Source: an uncultured bacterium (GTDB taxonomy: Bacteria; Oederibacteriota; PGYV01; CAWJRG01). Taken from it: a stretch of DNA of 64,000 nucleotides. Numbering within the stretch: the first letter of the stretch is position 1; every line of letters starts with the position of its first letter. This document shows positions 59,683-64,000 of this stretch, in pieces. The stretch is from contig CAWJRG010000009.1 in NCBI GenBank assembly GCA_963845185.1, forward strand, positions 608,001 through 672,000, read 5' to 3'. The notes under the pieces are model-generated. The model made no database searches. It had not been told where the DNA came from and saw only the letters and a list, made by a program, of their open reading frames with translations. Position numbers and translations under genes: made by a program.

Positions 59683-62315
59683 AATTACATTTTGACTCCA
59701 ACCAGCAGTATCAATTAGAGGCGATGAAAGCTATTACAGATATTTTCGAAGGCCAGCCGATGAACTCCAGCGATTTCGAGTTCTCGGCGGACGTGGGCGG
59801 GTCGCTGCTGTACAACGAATTCGGCGTGGCGAATAAGCTCGTCCTGGACGACAGGCAAATAAAGAAAAACCTCAGCGTGGTCCAAAAACGCAACGGGATA
59901 CGGGACATACCGGAATTCGCGGGCATGAACTTTTCCGTGGAAATGGAAACAGGCACGGGCAAAACATACGTTTATTTGCGCACGATATACGAGATGAACA
60001 AGCTTTACGGCTTCAAGAAATTCATAATCGTGGTGCCGGGCATAGCCATACGCGAAGGAGTATTGAAAAACCTCGAAATCACACACGAACATTTCCAGGA
60101 GCTGTACTCAAAGACGCCGTGCAAATACTTTGTATATGACTCCTCGAATGTCTCGAACCTGCGCAGTTTCGCGCTGAACAACTCAATCCAGATACTCGTC
60201 ATAAACATAGACTCGTTCGCGAAGGACGAAAACGTCATAAACAAAGTCAATGACAGGCTGACAGGCAAAAAGCCGGTAGAATTCATACGCGGGGTAAACC
60301 CGATAGTCATAGTTGACGAGCCGCAAAACATGGAGACCGAGATAAGGAAGCGCGCCATAGCGAACCTGAACCCGCTGTGTACGCTGCGGTACTCGGCTAC
60401 ACACACAAACCTTTACAACCCTGTTTACAGCCTGAACCCTGTGAAGGCGTATGACATGGGGCTGGTAAAGCAGATAGAAGTGGACTCGGTATATACCGAG
60501 AACGACTTTAACCGCGCCTATGTGGCGCTCAAATCGCTATCATCCACAAAAACACGCACAAGCGCGAAGCTGGAAATAGACATAGAAACAGAAAACGGGA
60601 CAAAGCGAAAGCTGGTGACTGTGAAAGTGGGCGATAACCTGCATGACCTGTCCGGGAAAAGGGAAATATACAGCGATAATTTCACTGTGGAGCGCATTGA
60701 CCTGAAAAAAGAAATTGTAGGGTTCGCAAACGGCATAGAGATAGCTAAAGGCGAGGCAAAGGGCGGGCTGACTGACGAGGTAATGAAAGTGCAGATAGAA
60801 AAGACAATACAGGAGCATTTGGAAAAAGAGAAAAGATACAGGGACAAGGGGCTCAAAGTCCTGTCCCTGTTTTTCATAGACAGGGTAGCGAACTACAGGA
60901 CGCCTGATGGGCAAAAAGGCAAAATAGCGCTGTGGTTCGAGGAATCATATAAAAAACTCATAAAGAAACCCGAATATAAAAGCCTGCTGCCGTATAAGGT
61001 GGAGCAGATGCATAACGGATATTTTGCGCAGGATAAAAAAGGTAACTTTAAAGATTCTTCGGAAGGCAGGGATACCCAGGACGATGATAAGGCATATCAG
61101 TTAATAATGCAAAAAAAAGAACAACTTCTTGATATAAACGAGCCCCTGCGTTTTATATTCAGCCACTCTGCCCTGCGCGAGGGATGGGACAACCCGAACG
61201 TGTTCCAGATATGCGCGCTCAGGGAAATATCCACACAAAGGCAAAGGCGGCAGACAATAGGCAGGGGCATGCGGCTCGCGGTGGACCAGCAGGGAATGAG
61301 GAACCAGGAAAGGGACATAAACAGGCTCACTGTCATAGCGGGCGAGAGTTTTGAGGAGTTTGCAGACGGCCTGCAAAAGGAAATTGAAAGCGAGTGCGGG
61401 GTAAAGTTCGAAAACAGGATAAAGGACAGAAATAAAAGAATATCAGTGAAGCTGAAGAAAAACTACGCGCTCGATAAAAATTTCATGGACATGTGGGACA
61501 AAATAAAACAAAAAACAACTTACAGGGTGGAGTTTGACACTGAAAAACTTGTTGAAGAGGGCGTAAAGACCATGAAGGAGATGCAGACAGTAAGTAGGCC
61601 TGAGGTTAGGTCTGAAAAAAATTATATGTTAATGGATAAAAAAGAAGGAATCCATGGCGATTTATTAGGTGAGGAAGTGCATCATATGGACACGAGCGCA
61701 ATGGATATCCCGGATATATACGCATTCATAGAGGATAAGACATGGATTACACGGAGCAGTATTTACAGGATTTTAAACGAGTCGGGAAGGTCGGCTGATA
61801 TACTGAAAAACCCGCAGCTTTTTCTCGACATGGCCGCTAAGCAGATAAAAGACGCGCTGAACAGGCTCATGGTGGACGGGATAAAGTACGAGAAAATAGG
61901 CGGGGCAGAGTATGCGATGATGTTGTTTAAGGATAGCGAAATAGAGTCCTATATAGATAACCTCTACAAAGTTAAAAATGAGGATAAGACAATAACCGAT
62001 TACGTGGAGGCCATATCCGGGCCCGAACTGCAATTCGCAAAGGACTGCGACAGCAGGGAGGATGTGGCGTTTTACATCAAACTGCCGCGCTGGTTCAGGA
62101 TACAGACGCCAATAGGCGACTATAACCCTGACTGGGCGCTGGTTTTCAAGGGCGAAAAAAAGCTGTACTTTGTGGCAGAGACAAAGTCAAGCCTTGACCC
62201 GAAAGAACGCAGGCAGGATGAGAACGACAAGATAAAATGCGGCGAGGCGCACTTCGCCGAGTTCCCGGACGTGAAGTATAAGGTAGTGAGGAACGTGGGG
62301 GAAGTGAAGGAATAA
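59679..62315 (+). CDS. res: Type III RM restriction endonuclease subunit
   Basis: METGTGKT, DEPQ, RYSAT, LREGWDNPNVFQI, YNPDWA...AETK. Confidence 0.95.
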   Translation: MKLHFDSNQQYQLEAMKAITDIFEGQPMNSSDFEFSADVGGSLLYNEFGVANKLVLDDRQIKKNLSVVQKRNGIRDIPEFAGMNFSVEMETGTGKTYVYLRTIYEMNKLYGFKKFIIVVPGIAIREGVLKNLEITHEHFQELYSKTPCKYFVYDSSNVSNLRSFALNNSIQILVINIDSFAKDENVINKVNDRLTGKKPVEFIRGVNPIVIVDEPQNMETEIRKRAIANLNPLCTLRYSATHTNLYNPVYSLNPVKAYDMGLVKQIEVDSVYTENDFNRAYVALKSLSSTKTRTSAKLEIDIETENGTKRKLVTVKVGDNLHDLSGKREIYSDNFTVERIDLKKEIVGFANGIEIAKGEAKGGLTDEVMKVQIEKTIQEHLEKEKRYRDKGLKVLSLFFIDRVANYRTPDGQKGKIALWFEESYKKLIKKPEYKSLLPYKVEQMHNGYFAQDKKGNFKDSSEGRDTQDDDKAYQLIMQKKEQLLDINEPLRFIFSHSALREGWDNPNVFQICALREISTQRQRRQTIGRGMRLAVDQQGMRNQERDINRLTVIAGESFEEFADGLQKEIESECGVKFENRIKDRNKRISVKLKKNYALDKNFMDMWDKIKQKTTYRVEFDTEKLVEEGVKTMKEMQTVSRPEVRSEKNYMLMDKKEGIHGDLLGEEVHHMDTSAMDIPDIYAFIEDKTWITRSSIYRILNESGRSADILKNPQLFLDMAAKQIKDALNRLMVDGIKYEKIGGAEYAMMLFKDSEIESYIDNLYKVKNEDKTITDYVEAISGPELQFAKDCDSREDVAFYIKLPRWFRIQTPIGDYNPDWALVFKGEKKLYFVAETKSSLDPKERRQDENDKIKCGEAHFAEFPDVKYKVVRNVGEVKE

Positions 62316-62497
62316 TGAGGAGCAGGCCGCGCTCATGGGGGAAGGGATGGCGACTGGATAAGGCAATTATCAATTAAGAATTGTCAATTTTCAATAACAT
62401 GAATACCAAAGCAAATGCCGAATAGTCGGATTTATAATTAAAGCATAGATGTAAAAGTCTGCCGGCTTTTGTGCCGGTGAAAACGAAAGGGATAACA

Positions 62498-63283
62498 ATG
62501 TACAGGAAAATTTTTTGTTTTTTTGCAGTTGTTTTTTCAGTTTTACCGGCAGTGGCTTTTGCCGCAGGCTCTGACACGGCCCCGGACAGCGGGCAGGCAG
62601 TAACATCCGCGGTTCCTGCCGTGCAGGCGGCTCCTGTTCAGCAGTCCGCGCCTGTGTCTGACCAGTCATTTTACGCGGACAAGTTTTGCATTGCGTATAA
62701 CGGAGGACTGGATTTCAGGTGGTGGTTTGGAAAAAACTGGGGGCTTGAGATACCTATATCCGGCTCCACGACCGGCTCGCTTACCAAAGCCGACATCAGC
62801 GAGGGCGCACAGAATTCTTTCTACTGGAACGCTGTGACAGGGCTGAATTTTATTTTCCCTTTGCAGAACATATACGGGATTAACTTTAACTTTATCCCGG
62901 GTATTTACCTGAGCGGCAGCGAAAACCTTTACAGGAATGCTCCGAGTTACTGGAATTCCAACAATATATTTACTTATTATGAGCAGGATAGCTACAATTA
63001 CAGTTTTTCAGGAGGAATATCGCTGGGGCTGGAAGCGGAGGTTTTCCCGCATAATATATGCGACAAAATACCGCAGAACATCAGTTTCGGCAGCAAGTTT
63101 GCATTCAACTGCCTTTACAATTACGCTGAGTCGTGGAATCACTATCCGGGAATGAACCAGCAAATCCAGCAGTCGAACCCGTATTCGTCATTCACAGCTT
63201 TCCAGCGCAACGAAGGAATAATCACAAACTTCAGCATAGGCGGCAGTACCTGGAGCGCGCTGTATGTGAGATATTACTTCTGA
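62498..63283 (+). CDS. Secreted protein, probable outer-membrane beta-barrel
   Basis: Signal peptide ending AFA, aromatic-rich strands, C-terminal RYYF. Confidence 0.65.
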   Translation: MYRKIFCFFAVVFSVLPAVAFAAGSDTAPDSGQAVTSAVPAVQAAPVQQSAPVSDQSFYADKFCIAYNGGLDFRWWFGKNWGLEIPISGSTTGSLTKADISEGAQNSFYWNAVTGLNFIFPLQNIYGINFNFIPGIYLSGSENLYRNAPSYWNSNNIFTYYEQDSYNYSFSGGISLGLEAEVFPHNICDKIPQNISFGSKFAFNCLYNYAESWNHYPGMNQQIQQSNPYSSFTAFQRNEGIITNFSIGGSTWSALYVRYYF

Positions 63284-63325
63284 TCAAGAGTTGCTTTAGC
63301 CGGCAGTCAACAGGCGGCTGGGAGG

Positions 63326-63452
63326 ACTTCGGAGGGTCGGAAGGGCAGAAGAGCGGAAGGTTAGAGGATCGGAGGGGCAGAGGGTCGGAAGAGCAGAGGA
63401 ACGGAAGAGCGGAGGAACGGAAGAGCGGAGGAACGGAAGAGCGGAAGAATGG
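63326..63452 (+). repeat. Degenerate 8-bp purine-rich tandem repeat (about 16 units)
   Basis: CGGAAGAG/CGGAGGAA-type units; a shorter relative at 5345-5394. Confidence 0.85.
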
Positions 63453-63691
63453 CAAAGGCGTAAGGCAATTATCAATACCTCTTGTCTTGCGCAAGCGCAA
63501 GACTTGAGCGGGTACTTTATAGCGTAATATTTTGTCTGCGCCTTCGGCTTGACAAAATAAACGCTATAAGTTTTCAATTTTCAATGAAAGAAGTAAAAGA
63601 ATTATCTATCCTCAGATTCAAGGCCATAATGCAACTTGATTTTATCATAACAGATGTTATAATTATGACGAGATTTGAAAGGGACGCTCAA

Positions 63692-63982
63692 ATGACTCAG
63701 TTACAGAAACAAACAGTAAAGAAACTGCTCTGGGACTATGATTTTACAGAAGAAGAATTCATGGATATCCTGAACGGGAAAACCGAACTGGGCAGCTTCA
63801 ACAGAAAATGGGCCGTGAGAAGGGCTGTTGAAGGGCTGAATTATTACGACCTTCTCGAGGTTGTAGGGCTCAAGACGCTTGCCGAGGTCTGGCCGGAGAT
63901 AAGGCAGACTTTCCGCATAAAAAACATTAAAGACGGAATTGATTATGTTTTACGAAAATACACTGTATCCGCTTCAAGATAA
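63692..63982 (+). CDS. Putative antitoxin partner of an AbiEii-type toxin
   Basis: KKLLWDY motif; overlaps the next ORF. Confidence 0.6.
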   Translation: MTQLQKQTVKKLLWDYDFTEEEFMDILNGKTELGSFNRKWAVRRAVEGLNYYDLLEVVGLKTLAEVWPEIRQTFRIKNIKDGIDYVLRKYTVSASR

Positions 63983-64000
63983 ACTCCTCGGCACTATAGA
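63945..64000 (+). CDS. 5' start of a probable AbiEii-family nucleotidyltransferase (partial)
   Basis: MFYENTLYPLQDKLLGTI resembles AbiEii-family N-termini; only 18 codons visible. Confidence 0.45.
   Translation, partial: MFYENTLYPLQDKLLGTI

Noticed and set aside
47337..59723. Classical integron
   Set aside because: No intI, and the junction repeats are direct and gene-derived, lacking the RYYYAAC...GTTRRRY attC organisation.
1..64000. CRISPR array or cas genes
   Set aside because: No run of equal-length repeats with unique spacers of regular size; the tandem repeats found are coding or low-complexity.

Overview
Bacterial chromosomal window, genes almost all on the + strand, with no rRNA, CRISPR array, phage structural genes, reverse transcriptase or integrase visible. 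It has six parts. (1) 0.2-5.9 kb: a ParB-like gene, then a tandem array of secreted beta-propeller genes sharing a repeated leader. Each intact unit is followed by a truncated 5' stub of a second secreted gene. An IS110 remnant and a RelE-type TA pair are also here. (2) 6-15.5 kb: housekeeping genes (purB, PfkB kinase, two PLP aminotransferases, DUF2225, GT4, thioredoxin, CDF transporter, tRNA-Glu(CTC)). (3) 16-25 kb: a stand-alone ketosynthase, a SAM methyltransferase split by an IS3, a frameshifted B12 radical SAM, a 7TM histidine kinase and a hybrid kinase. (4) 25-47 kb: modular secreted proteins and lipoproteins (PQQ-like, NHL and Kelch-like propellers, Thr/Pro linkers, FlgD/T9SS-like tails, alginate lyase fold, CBM-like) with many REP-like palindromes. 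(5) 47-62.3 kb: a defence island around a type III RM system. Between mod and res lie three cassettes, each ending in a copy of the res start (two 45-bp stubs, then the real gene); cassettes upstream of mod share head and tail motifs. (6) 62.5-64 kb: a probable OM protein and an AbiEii-type TA pair. The most striking pattern is a recurring architecture of an intact cargo gene plus a 5' stub of its downstream neighbour, which suggests stepwise capture of alleles from relatives. Family assignments come from motif recognition by eye, not database searches.
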